A stretch of DNA of 62,690 nucleotides from an uncultured Candidatus Poseidoniales archaeon (GTDB lineage Archaea; Thermoplasmatota; Poseidoniia; Poseidoniales; Poseidoniaceae): positions 1 to 62,690 of the forward strand of contig CAYPPO010000005.1 of NCBI GenBank assembly GCA_964412625.1, read 5' to 3'. The translations under genes and the position numbers were made by a program. The notes beneath the pieces were generated by a model that saw nothing but the letters and a program-made list of their open reading frames with translations, was not told the DNA's origin and searched no databases. This document shows positions 1 through 8,999 of this stretch, piece by piece (within the stretch, counting starts at the first letter, position 1; each line of letters opens with the position of its first letter).

Positions 1-2
1 AA

Positions 3-944
3 GGAAGCCTGTGGGATTTATTGCATGAGCCATGTTGGGAATCTAATGACCCAATAGAATGTCATCTATGGTTAGCATTGGATGCAAGTGATTCCAATCC
101 AAACGATGACACAAGTGGTCGTGATGAAATAAGACGCGACATGGTAAATGTCGTGTTTGATACCCTGAGTGAGGAAGTAAAATCCATGCTGCTTAACGAA
201 CAAGGCACAAAGGGTATTGTCTATGTTACTCAACCGTATATGAATCTAAATGAAGCAGCTGTACTAAGGGAAGATATTGACGCAATGCTTCTTGAGGATA
301 CGGGTTTGGAAGGCACAGAGTCCTCTAAACTGACTGGTGGATTGCCAGTTTCTTTGGATATAAATGAGGGAATTCACAGTTCGCAAAATGTAACAACAAT
401 TGTTACAATGATAATCTTGACAATTGTCCTTGGAATAGTGTTTAGGTCAGCAAGATTGGGTATTATAACGATGGTCCCTGTGGCAGTTGTTATTCTTTGG
501 CAACCACTATTAATGAATAGTCCAGATGTGAATGTCAACATTTTCACGGCGATGATTGGAACAATTGTGTTTGGCATCGGGGTGGATGATGCAATACACG
601 TTATGCATCGAATACAAGAAGAGGGTGAGACGCCGGTAGGCATTGCTAATGCTATTGAGGAGACGGGTCAAACCATTTTTGAAACTACTATTACCACTGT
701 GAGCGGCATAGGTGCTGGATTCTTAGTGACATTCCCCGGGTTGGAGAATTTCTTCATGATAATGTGTCTTTTGATTATTTTTGCCTTCATTACGAGCACA
801 TTCCTGATGCCTGCGGTAATAACCTCAGAAAAAGTTGTCAAATCGATGATTAAGGGTGAGCCATATTGGGTTGATTATGGTGAGGGAATAGCGTTAGCAT
901 CGCCTATATCTATGAAACCGCTCGACGCGGTATTGGAAGATTAG
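3..944 (+). CDS. MMPL/RND-family transporter, C-terminal fragment (5' end outside window)
   Basis: Frame is open from the window edge. Periplasmic segment (LTGGLPV) is followed by about 6 hydrophobic helices with the RND/MMPL signature GIGVDDAIHVMHRIQEE and TITTVSGIG. Confidence 0.85.
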   Translation, partial: GSLWDLLHEPCWESNDPIECHLWLALDASDSNPNDDTSGRDEIRRDMVNVVFDTLSEEVKSMLLNEQGTKGIVYVTQPYMNLNEAAVLREDIDAMLLEDTGLEGTESSKLTGGLPVSLDINEGIHSSQNVTTIVTMIILTIVLGIVFRSARLGIITMVPVAVVILWQPLLMNSPDVNVNIFTAMIGTIVFGIGVDDAIHVMHRIQEEGETPVGIANAIEETGQTIFETTITTVSGIGAGFLVTFPGLENFFMIMCLLIIFAFITSTFLMPAVITSEKVVKSMIKGEPYWVDYGEGIALASPISMKPLDAVLED

Positions 945-945
945 C

Positions 946-1246
946 GAGGGAGTAGGGAGTAAGCCCCTTTCTGTTACCTTTCGGCGACTGCATTCAACTT
1001 AGCATCCTACCTGTTCCTAGGCGCGCTACCTCGATGGAACTGCTTGGACTTGCTCCTGCGCGGTTGCTCGTTTCATCGACCATAAGGAAATCTCTGTCTT
1101 TCAACATCATTGTACAACCCCTATATCGTTCGTTTCTATTGCATTGACCAAACCATCTCTGATTTCTCCCTTCTGTGAGGCACATGCGCTATGGAGAGGG
1201 GACTTTCCTCAGAGTCGAACTCTGTCAGCAGTCCTCCTACTCCCTC
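946..1246 (-). ncRNA. rnpB: Ribonuclease P RNA, archaeal type A
   Basis: Minus strand reads GAGGAAAGUCC (CR I), GCAAUAGAAACGA (CR II), GAUGAAACGAGCAACC (CR III), GCUAAGUUGAAUGC (CR IV) and AACAGAAAGGGGCUUA (CR V). Terminal P1 helix is GAGGGAGUAG/CUACUCCCUC, P16 is GUUCC/GGAAC, L15 has GGUA; length about 301 nt. Confidence 0.95.
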
Positions 1247-1287
1247 AGACAGGTGCTTTCTAGTATTCCACTTGAAACCTTCGACAT

Positions 1288-4200
1288 TTACTGATACGGG
1301 TTGTCTCCAGGGGAATTGGGTACTTGTTGTTGGGCATAATGGTGATGTTGTTGGGGCCTTATTTGTCGATTTACAGATTGGTAATTCTTGTTAAGTGGCA
1401 GCCTTTGATCGTGAACTTGTTTTGGCGTCCGAAGACCAAAAATTAGTAATCCGGCTAATGCGGCAATAAGCAGGAATATGATGATTAGTAAGACAGGATT
1501 CATTTCTGATATGCCGCCAAAGAAACCATCGCTATTACCGTCGTCTACATAGAAAGTATCAGTTTGTGCCATAGGGCCACCAACAATGATGAATTCAATC
1601 CACATTGAGCCATCTCTGTCTGGTGACCATCGATGATTAAATACTCCTGTTCCGCCAGAATTTACCTGAATTTCCTGTGTGTGAATAATAGTTCTAGCAC
1701 CATTTGTCTCAACTCTTTCCACCCTAAGTTGTGCGTCGCCATCAGACTTGCCGACATTCTTGATAACCACAGACAAATCTACTGAGTTTCCAACGCTTAA
1801 TTTGCCGCCGTAACTAATTGAAGGTTGCACTAATGAATAATCAGGTAACTGTTGTTCTAATTCCCACACTGCAAATGGGGTATAAATTTCATCAGAAACT
1901 GATCCAAACGTATTACCCGCCATATCACTGCCATTAATCCATATTCTAAGTTCTAAGGCATCTGTTCGCAATTCCTCAGGAACAGCACTATCGATATCGA
2001 TGGGAAAAACACCTGAAATTGAATCGCCAAATGGCATACCTCCCAAGATTTCGATTTTGCCAATGCCGCTGGCGATACTAGAGGACGTAAAGCCAAATCC
2101 AGATGGGTGAATCTCCCATTTCAAATTCAGTGAATCAATGTCAAGGAAATTGTTTTCTTCCAGGGTCATCAGAATCTCAAAAGAATCCCATACCTGTTCT
2201 TCAATTACCTGCCCTGGTAGTGGATAATCTATGCTATTGATTGATGGAATATCGTTATCGACGATAAACCATAGCAATGGCGAATAGGGTTGAACAATTG
2301 TAGCTCCATTGGGCGCATTCTTCAATTGAATGTCAATTGGGTAATTACCTGGTGTAGCCGGTGAGATTATTGTTCCATTAAACATGCCATCACGATAATC
2401 AACTACAGCTTGATTTAGCCCAAGGGTGAACAATAAATCTAAGTTTTGTGTGACCGGCCTAAGTGTCTTAGCCCATGTCAGTGAGCCTGATATCGCTATG
2501 TCTTCTCTTGCTTTGACCCACGAACCCGTAACCGATTCACTGTTACCTGAGGTGATGTATTGTAAACTATCTTCATCCACAGCCATTTCACCTGAATACT
2601 TCCAGTTTAAATCTGAAAGTTCCAGTGTTGTTGATTGTCTATTCAAATCTATTAGTCTGACTAAAGGTGTTCTAACTATGCTATCATCTGGATTGAATCC
2701 CCATCTTAATTGAAAGTCTATTTCGAAATTGCCCGAATTGGTAAATAATCCAGATCCACTATCCCCCACCATGCGGCATTCATTGATTTGAATATACAGA
2801 GTAGAACTTGTACATATTCCGCTTTGTCTGTTCCAGTAAATGGAAGATGAGTCCGGTTGATTTACCGATAAATCCACCTCAATGTCAGTAATGTCTGTGA
2901 TTCCATTTTTGTCCCATACCGGAATAGTCAATGTAATATCCTCACCGGGGTGTAGCCAAGGAAGATATCCGTATTCCCATGAAAGTTCAGAATAACCCAA
3001 CTGTGGTGACCCATCACTACTAATTAACAAATTAAACAGTGGTTGTGATAGATTACCAGAATCTACTAACATATTTCCAGCTGAGTCTGCAACCTCTATC
3101 CAGCCCCTTACATAGCCACCGTCAGGTGCGTTTGAGGAATCAAGATTGAAGGTATATATTCCTTCCAAATTGCCTAAATTATTGGGTAATTCAAGTTCTT
3201 CTCGAGTTATTTCAGCTAAATCAATCTGTCCATTTTGATTAAAATCATGCTCCCAAGAATTCCAGAGAATAATTTCAGCCTGTGTCGGTAGTAGCGGGCG
3301 GTCAGTAATAGTGAACTCAAGTGAGGTTGAAGGGTTGGACGGGAAGTGGTCAAATTCATCAATATTCATTGAGATTAGTTGCGGATTAACTGCATCATAT
3401 CCAAACTCAACGACGTTTTGAACTTCATAGGAAACTGATTGGCCTCTTAGGGGTTGGAGATCTATCTCTAATTCCACTGTTTCGCCAACTAATGGAATCA
3501 CCCATGGAATCGAGGCAATACCATCGTTAATAATCGAGGTTGCACCGTATTCGTTACCATTAACCAATAACCTAACAAGAACGTGCCCGGTCCTTGGAGC
3601 AGTGCCCTCATCACCTTCAAAACCTAGGTTTGCTTGAACAACGACTGGTTCACCCCGTTGGCTTTGTAGGTAAGGATATTCGTTATCAGACGGAATACCG
3701 TTTGCACCAATTATGGACCACTGTTTTAGAGAGACATCATTTTCAACACCTTGTGAATTGCCAAGTCCAAACGATTTGCTGACAGAGAGCATTGGTCCGG
3801 TTGTTGACACCATATTTACGGAGACTGACAAAAACTCCTCATCATTCCATTCCACCGGGAATTTGAATCTGTGGTGAAATTCTAGGATTGATGACGACCC
3901 TGACATTGAGATGATACCGTTAGTTCCAAGGTCTGACCAAATTAATTCGACTCCGCTCTGTATACAACTATTGACACCGTTGCCGTTTATTGGTAAGGCA
4001 GTAGTGCTACAACGTAATTGTGCCGCATTATTTTGACCAACCATGTTAAAATCAACTAACCATGAGCCGGCTTTAACAAACGATTCGGGATTATTCACAC
4101 CTATGCCCGAGAAATCGAAGCTACTGGTTACGTCAATCCATTGCATGGATGGTGTAAATGTGTCAGTTACATTACTAACCTGAATTGTGAGAGGAGTTAT

Positions 4201-6312
4201 TGATGCTGCTGTGTAGACCGAATTTACCGTCATTCTTACAGCACCGGTACTCTTCATTCTAACCGGCAGTGTAACTTCCCTAAACCCGTTGACTAATTTG
4301 GCATTGGGAAGTATGCTATTGAGGCTGATTATCAAGCCGTCAACTCCAGTAAAATCTAGGTTAACCGAACTGTCGTAAGTAGCCATAACCCCGCCTAAGT
4401 GAACAACTGAGGTAGATGAAGAAGACCCTATTTTAATCAGGATTTCAGAAAACTGTAATCCATTGAGGTTTACCGCAGGAACAGATTGTGATATTGCGTT
4501 GTTTATGCTACTGATTTGTGAGGGGGTAAATCGGATTTCGACAATGTTTGAGAAATCGCTTAGCGAGCTGGTTAGGATGTCTTGATTGTTATATGATACT
4601 GTCATGTAAGGGTTGATTAAGTTAGTAGAAGGACTCATTATCGCAAACTCAAAATCGTTTAATCCCTGTTTTGGGACTAGTAATGAGAATTGAGATGGAG
4701 AGGAAGGGGAACTTTGTGAGCTTGACCATAGAGTTCCGTCAGATAACCTGTCTTGAATTCCAAGGCGTCCAACTCCCGTTCTATCCATTGACCAGTCTCC
4801 TGTGCCATCCAAGCCAATGTCTAATTCAAGTCCGTCTGCAACGCTTGTTCGGATTAGTTCAACTGAAATCTTATCGAAAGTCCAACTACCACCTGTACTC
4901 ACAACTCTAAGCATCACATTGAAGTGTGGCTCAGTCATTGATTGGAGGTTGTTGTTGGGCAAAATTACCCAAGATTGGCCAGAATCTAATGAATATTCCA
5001 TCCTGCCCGACCCATTAAGGTATGAGCTTGATTTTATACCGACAAAACCACTTCTAATTGAATATAGGGGACTTTCCATTGTTCCTGTTCCAGAGGTTGA
5101 CCCAGAATTCCAGTTTGCTCCACTCATTGTCCAACCATTCAAATTTGGATTTGAATCAAAATCGTCCTCAATTACTCCATCAAAGTGTATACCGTGAACA
5201 ATTGGCAGAGAACCAGTGGTTGTCGCCATGTCGATCTGCATTTTAATTAACGGATAAGTCTCCCAATCAATCACACCAAAATCCATTGATATTTGTGTCA
5301 AGTCATCAAATCCAGGTATGACCATGTTTGTTGATGCGTCTAAAACTCGCCACTCAAAAGAAGCGTCTAATGGAATGTAAGCATCCATGTACATCAAGCC
5401 AAAAGACCTAATCTCACCTTGTCCTGATAATTGTGGACCAAAAGCAGGAGACGTCCATGAACCTTGACCGTTACCAGCGCCTCCGGTAGGCGTTATTACG
5501 ATATTGTCAATCCAAGCAGTATCAAGACCTGAATTAGCGCTGCCATCTTTGGCATATTTCCAGGTTAGAGTTTGAGCCGCAGCGGGTATGGTGAAAGTAT
5601 GAGTACCGCTGGTGAACCCGGCCCATCTGCTGTTGAAACCGCTCGACCTTGTACAACCAGGGTTATCGATACAGAACACCAAATAGTCAAAACTACTCTC
5701 TGACTCAACTCGATATTCAAATGTTCCATCTCCGGCAGGGATTGTAGACACATCAAGAGTGATCGAACTCTCCTGGTTATGAGTTATTCGACCTGCCTGC
5801 GGTGTTTGACTACCAGATAGGACATTTCCTGTCTGTATATTCCAGTTGGAAGTACCAGCCAAAGTCCACTCCGGTCCAAATGACCCTGATTCAAAATCCC
5901 AAGACCATTCCTGAGGGAGAAGAGAAAGTGATGATGTATTGACATTCACGCCATTGTATAAGTTTGAACTGGCAAAGTCCACACTTTCACTGAAAGAATA
6001 TGCGGTAGAAGTTGCCAAATCTGCAGACTCCAAATCGATATTCATCGATTGAACCACTTGACCATCTGGCACGGTTATTTTGACCTTCTCAACTGCGCCA
6101 TCCGGGTATGACCCAATAGCGATTTTTTCCTCTTGACCCAAGGTGTTAATTGTAACAGAAGCACTGTTTTCTAATTTAGGATTATTATCTGAGACGTAAT
6201 AGGTCTGCGTAGAAATAGCAAACAACAGTAACATGAATATTGCTAAACCTTGTCGGCCGACCCGCCCCCCCATAGAATAAGACGGGCTATTAAAGGTCAA
6301 AACCTTTCTCAC
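1288..6312 (-). CDS. Very large secreted, membrane-anchored surface protein (beta-sandwich/jelly-roll modules, C-terminal CARDB-like domain, TM helix, Gln/Pro-rich tail)
   Basis: 1674-aa ORF. N-terminal hydrophobic signal (LAIFMLLLFAIS); S/T/N/G-rich beta composition; module ESESSFDYLVFCID...WKYAKDGS...DTAWIDNI; CARDB-like VVIKNVGKSDG; C-terminal TM PVLLIIIFLLIAALAGLLIFGL. True start may be the ATG at 6273. Confidence 0.8.
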   Translation of the reverse strand: MRKVLTFNSPSYSMGGRVGRQGLAIFMLLLFAISTQTYYVSDNNPKLENSASVTINTLGQEEKIAIGSYPDGAVEKVKITVPDGQVVQSMNIDLESADLATSTAYSFSESVDFASSNLYNGVNVNTSSLSLLPQEWSWDFESGSFGPEWTLAGTSNWNIQTGNVLSGSQTPQAGRITHNQESSITLDVSTIPAGDGTFEYRVESESSFDYLVFCIDNPGCTRSSGFNSRWAGFTSGTHTFTIPAAAQTLTWKYAKDGSANSGLDTAWIDNIVITPTGGAGNGQGSWTSPAFGPQLSGQGEIRSFGLMYMDAYIPLDASFEWRVLDASTNMVIPGFDDLTQISMDFGVIDWETYPLIKMQIDMATTTGSLPIVHGIHFDGVIEDDFDSNPNLNGWTMSGANWNSGSTSGTGTMESPLYSIRSGFVGIKSSSYLNGSGRMEYSLDSGQSWVILPNNNLQSMTEPHFNVMLRVVSTGGSWTFDKISVELIRTSVADGLELDIGLDGTGDWSMDRTGVGRLGIQDRLSDGTLWSSSQSSPSSPSQFSLLVPKQGLNDFEFAIMSPSTNLINPYMTVSYNNQDILTSSLSDFSNIVEIRFTPSQISSINNAISQSVPAVNLNGLQFSEILIKIGSSSSTSVVHLGGVMATYDSSVNLDFTGVDGLIISLNSILPNAKLVNGFREVTLPVRMKSTGAVRMTVNSVYTAASITPLTIQVSNVTDTFTPSMQWIDVTSSFDFSGIGVNNPESFVKAGSWLVDFNMVGQNNAAQLRCSTTALPINGNGVNSCIQSGVELIWSDLGTNGIISMSGSSSILEFHHRFKFPVEWNDEEFLSVSVNMVSTTGPMLSVSKSFGLGNSQGVENDVSLKQWSIIGANGIPSDNEYPYLQSQRGEPVVVQANLGFEGDEGTAPRTGHVLVRLLVNGNEYGATSIINDGIASIPWVIPLVGETVELEIDLQPLRGQSVSYEVQNVVEFGYDAVNPQLISMNIDEFDHFPSNPSTSLEFTITDRPLLPTQAEIILWNSWEHDFNQNGQIDLAEITREELELPNNLGNLEGIYTFNLDSSNAPDGGYVRGWIEVADSAGNMLVDSGNLSQPLFNLLISSDGSPQLGYSELSWEYGYLPWLHPGEDITLTIPVWDKNGITDITDIEVDLSVNQPDSSSIYWNRQSGICTSSTLYIQINECRMVGDSGSGLFTNSGNFEIDFQLRWGFNPDDSIVRTPLVRLIDLNRQSTTLELSDLNWKYSGEMAVDEDSLQYITSGNSESVTGSWVKAREDIAISGSLTWAKTLRPVTQNLDLLFTLGLNQAVVDYRDGMFNGTIISPATPGNYPIDIQLKNAPNGATIVQPYSPLLWFIVDNDIPSINSIDYPLPGQVIEEQVWDSFEILMTLEENNFLDIDSLNLKWEIHPSGFGFTSSSIASGIGKIEILGGMPFGDSISGVFPIDIDSAVPEELRTDALELRIWINGSDMAGNTFGSVSDEIYTPFAVWELEQQLPDYSLVQPSISYGGKLSVGNSVDLSVVIKNVGKSDGDAQLRVERVETNGARTIIHTQEIQVNSGGTGVFNHRWSPDRDGSMWIEFIIVGGPMAQTDTFYVDDGNSDGFFGGISEMNPVLLIIIFLLIAALAGLLIFGLRTPKQVHDQRLPLNKNYQSVNRQIRPQQHHHYAQQQVPNSPGDNPYQ

Positions 6313-6371
6313 TGTTTACGCCTTATTGACACAACACAACACTCAAAGGCCGTACTAACTAACACCGAAGC

Positions 6372-7076
6372 ATGGACAATGTTGAAGCCCTCAAACAACA
6401 GGCAGGTATCGAAGCTTGTAAATTCATAAAAAGTGGTATGAAAGTGGGTCTAGGAACTGGTTCTACAGTTAGACATACAGTTATTGAATTAGGGCGAAAA
6501 ATCGAGCAGGAAGATTTGCAGATAATTGGGGTGCCAACATCACTCGCTACCGAAAAATTAGCAATAAAGGTTGGAATACCGCTCGTGGAACTGTCTGAAT
6601 GTGATGCATTGGATATTGTTATTGATGGTGCTGATGAATTTGACAGTAATTTTAACCTGATTAAGGGCGGAGGTGCAGCCTTACTAAGAGAAAAAATCGT
6701 CGCCCAAGAATCTTTGTCGATGGTAGTTGTTGCTGATGAGAGAAAGATGGTTGATACATTGGGAGCATTTCCATTACCGATTGAGATTACTCCATTTTCG
6801 CATCAGGCTACTATTCGTCAACTGACACGATTGTTGGATTGCAGAGTAAATTGCCGCATGGCAGGTGATAATCCAGTGGTCACAGATAACGGGAATTACA
6901 TCGCTGACGCACATTGTGGACCTAAACTAAACGAACCAGAAGAACTCGAAGTTGACATTCTAAAAATTGCGGGAGTAGTACAAGTTGGATTATTCAACAA
7001 CATGTGCGATGCAGTGGTACTTGCGAAAAATTCTGGAGTTGAAACCATAATTAATCCAAATGGTAGAATGGCGTAA
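6372..7076 (+). CDS. rpiA: Ribose-5-phosphate isomerase A
   Basis: GLGTGST, DGADE, IKGGGAALLREK and VTDNGNYI motifs. Confidence 0.97.
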   Translation: MDNVEALKQQAGIEACKFIKSGMKVGLGTGSTVRHTVIELGRKIEQEDLQIIGVPTSLATEKLAIKVGIPLVELSECDALDIVIDGADEFDSNFNLIKGGGAALLREKIVAQESLSMVVVADERKMVDTLGAFPLPIEITPFSHQATIRQLTRLLDCRVNCRMAGDNPVVTDNGNYIADAHCGPKLNEPEELEVDILKIAGVVQVGLFNNMCDAVVLAKNSGVETIINPNGRMA

Positions 7077-7124
7077 CAGCATATGGAAATCAATGATTAA
7101 ATACAAAGTGCGGCAGGGGAGACT

Positions 7125-7198
7125 GGGCCTGTAGCTTAGTCAGGTAGAGCGACGGACTCTTAATCCGTCGGTCGCGGGTTCGAACCCCGTCAGGCCCG
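7125..7198 (+). tRNA. tRNA-Lys (anticodon CTT)
   Basis: Cloverleaf: GGGCCTG/CAGGCCC acceptor stem, ACGGA-CTCTTAA-TCCGT anticodon arm (CTT at 7159-7161), GGTTCGAACCC T-arm. No intron; CCA not encoded. Confidence 0.96.
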
Positions 7199-7483
7199 CT
7201 AGTCTGCAACAGCAATTATGGAATCTAGGCCAATCATCCCGAAGTTATGTGAATCGTTACTTGCAGTGGGATCGGGGTTATCGCCCTCAACGAATAATCT
7301 ACCATCAATTACGCTTTTTACACGTTTAGCAGCTATTACGTTATTATCAAAAGGGTGTTTGAATACTACTATCTGTCCTAGCATAATTTGTTGTCCTTCA
7401 TAGCATGTACATACAATCTCTTGCCCATCTAATAAAGTAGGCCACATGCTATTGCCACGAATGGTAACATGAAATTTTTTCAT
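7199..7483 (-). CDS. sodX: Nickel-SOD maturation protease (S26 peptidase family)
   Basis: IRGNSMWPTL (catalytic Ser), AAKRV (Lys), VEGDN and SNDSHNFG. Directly downstream of sodN. Start moved to ATG 7483 (MKKFHV) because the track start overlaps sodN. Confidence 0.9.
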   Translation of the reverse strand: MKKFHVTIRGNSMWPTLLDGQEIVCTCYEGQQIMLGQIVVFKHPFDNNVIAAKRVKSVIDGRLFVEGDNPDPTASNDSHNFGMIGLDSIIAVAD

Positions 7484-7487
7484 GCAA

Positions 7488-7922
7488 TCAGCTTGCTCTA
7501 ATCCAAGGAACTTCTCTTCCCTTAGCAGCCCAGAACATATTGTGAATTGCTTCAACAGCATCCATCAATTCTTGAGCATGTTGAGCAGAAACCTCGACCT
7601 TGCAGGCGCTACACAACTTAGCAGCATTCCAGAATATTTCATGAAGATTTGGATTAGATTCAAGGTGAATAGGCTTGAAAAAATCAGTCCAGAGGACCAG
7701 CAATTCTTCCTTACATTTGTGAGCTTCTTCTTCTTTGATTGCTGCGTACCTGCTCATAGTGTTTAGGTAGGCTGCTGATCCACAATCAGCAGAGTGGTTT
7801 TCTGCTAATGTTAGCATTTTCTTGGTCATTGATTGTACTGCTTCTGCAGCGACTCTGGCGCTTGCAGGGTCATAAACTCCACACGGTCCGTCACAATGGG
7901 CACTTGCTTCTATTCTGTTCAT
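7488..7922 (-). CDS. sodN: Nickel superoxide dismutase precursor
   Basis: Ni-hook HCDGPCGVYDP follows an 8-aa leader (MNRIEASA); KEELLVLWTDFFKP and AAKLCSACK are present. Confidence 0.97.
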   Translation of the reverse strand: MNRIEASAHCDGPCGVYDPASARVAAEAVQSMTKKMLTLAENHSADCGSAAYLNTMSRYAAIKEEEAHKCKEELLVLWTDFFKPIHLESNPNLHEIFWNAAKLCSACKVEVSAQHAQELMDAVEAIHNMFWAAKGREVPWIRAS

Positions 7923-7960
7923 AGTTATACCAACAGGTTACAACTTATGAATTTGTGGTA

Positions 7961-8872
7961 TTATTTTACAACAATCGTAGTTCCTGCTTCACCTCTAAGC
8001 GATTTCAACGCATCGCCTGGTTGGCATAGTATGGCCGTAAGTGAAGGGTTGTGGAGTGAGGCTTCCATTAAACTACCAATCTTCGGCCCCATCGAACCTG
8101 CTGGAAATTCTCCCTGTTCCATGTAAGATTCACATTCATCGAGGGTTAATCTTCGATGGGCAACCTCGTTTTTGGATCCAAACCCAGTCTTGACGGAGTC
8201 AACTGCTGTTGAGATAATTAACGCGTCGGCATGCAGTTTGATTGCAATGAGGGCTGATAATCGATCCTTGTCAATAACTGCTGGTACACCGACGTAGTGG
8301 TTATTTTTCTTAACCACCGGAATTCCACCGCCTCCACCACAAATCACCACTGCTCTTAATCCCACTAATTTTCGAATAACATCGATATCTAACACACTCA
8401 TTGGCATTGGACTAGCAACCACTCGCCGTGGACCATTGACCGTCTCAGCAATATCCCAGTCAACGCTCATCACAACCTTATCAGATAATATTGGTCCGAC
8501 GGGCTTAGTGGGGAGCTTGAATCCAGAATCTTCTGGGTCGACTTCTACCCTAGTGATTATCGACGCAGTTCTTTCTGGTCGTCTCCTTTTGAGCAAAATT
8601 GAATCTAAATTTATCGCCAAAGAGTGGCCTATCATGCCCTGAGTTGCTGAAACCCACTCATCCATATCATGGGTTAAATCTTCGTCAATCTGCATCAGAT
8701 GACCTACTTGTGGACCGTTCCCGTGAGTTAGGACAACTCCCCATCCTGATTCAAGTAAATCAATTACATCGCTCATCACTTTAGCCAAGACCTCGGATGA
8801 TTTGCTTGAATCAGAATCCATCGGGTTTTGGAGAGCATTACCACCGATGGCATAGACAACTGTTTTGTGCAT
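7961..8872 (-). CDS. arcC: Carbamate kinase
   Basis: AIGGNAL, THGNGPQVG, TQGMIG, PTKPVGP, RRVVASP, GGGGIPV, AVIDKD and GSMGPKI. Start taken at ATG 8872 (MHKTVVYAIGGN). Confidence 0.92.
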   Translation of the reverse strand: MHKTVVYAIGGNALQNPMDSDSSKSSEVLAKVMSDVIDLLESGWGVVLTHGNGPQVGHLMQIDEDLTHDMDEWVSATQGMIGHSLAINLDSILLKRRRPERTASIITRVEVDPEDSGFKLPTKPVGPILSDKVVMSVDWDIAETVNGPRRVVASPMPMSVLDIDVIRKLVGLRAVVICGGGGGIPVVKKNNHYVGVPAVIDKDRLSALIAIKLHADALIISTAVDSVKTGFGSKNEVAHRRLTLDECESYMEQGEFPAGSMGPKIGSLMEASLHNPSLTAILCQPGDALKSLRGEAGTTIVVK

Positions 8873-8999
8873 TGCCAACAAAAATGACCACATAAGTTTG
8901 AGGTTTTCCATATTCTGCTTACAAAAATCCTCATTTGCATGCCTTGGTTAGGAAGCGAGATTTCAATTACAGGCTCTACTAGGGTGGTTTGGTGACGAC

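Noticed and set aside
994-1394. ORFs 994..1185 (-) and 1191..1394 (+)
   Set aside because: They overlie the RNase P RNA gene and have no protein-like motifs.
7923-7960. Metal-regulator operator upstream of sodN
   Set aside because: The intergenic region is only 38 nt and I see no convincing palindrome, so no link to the DtxR-family gene can be supported.
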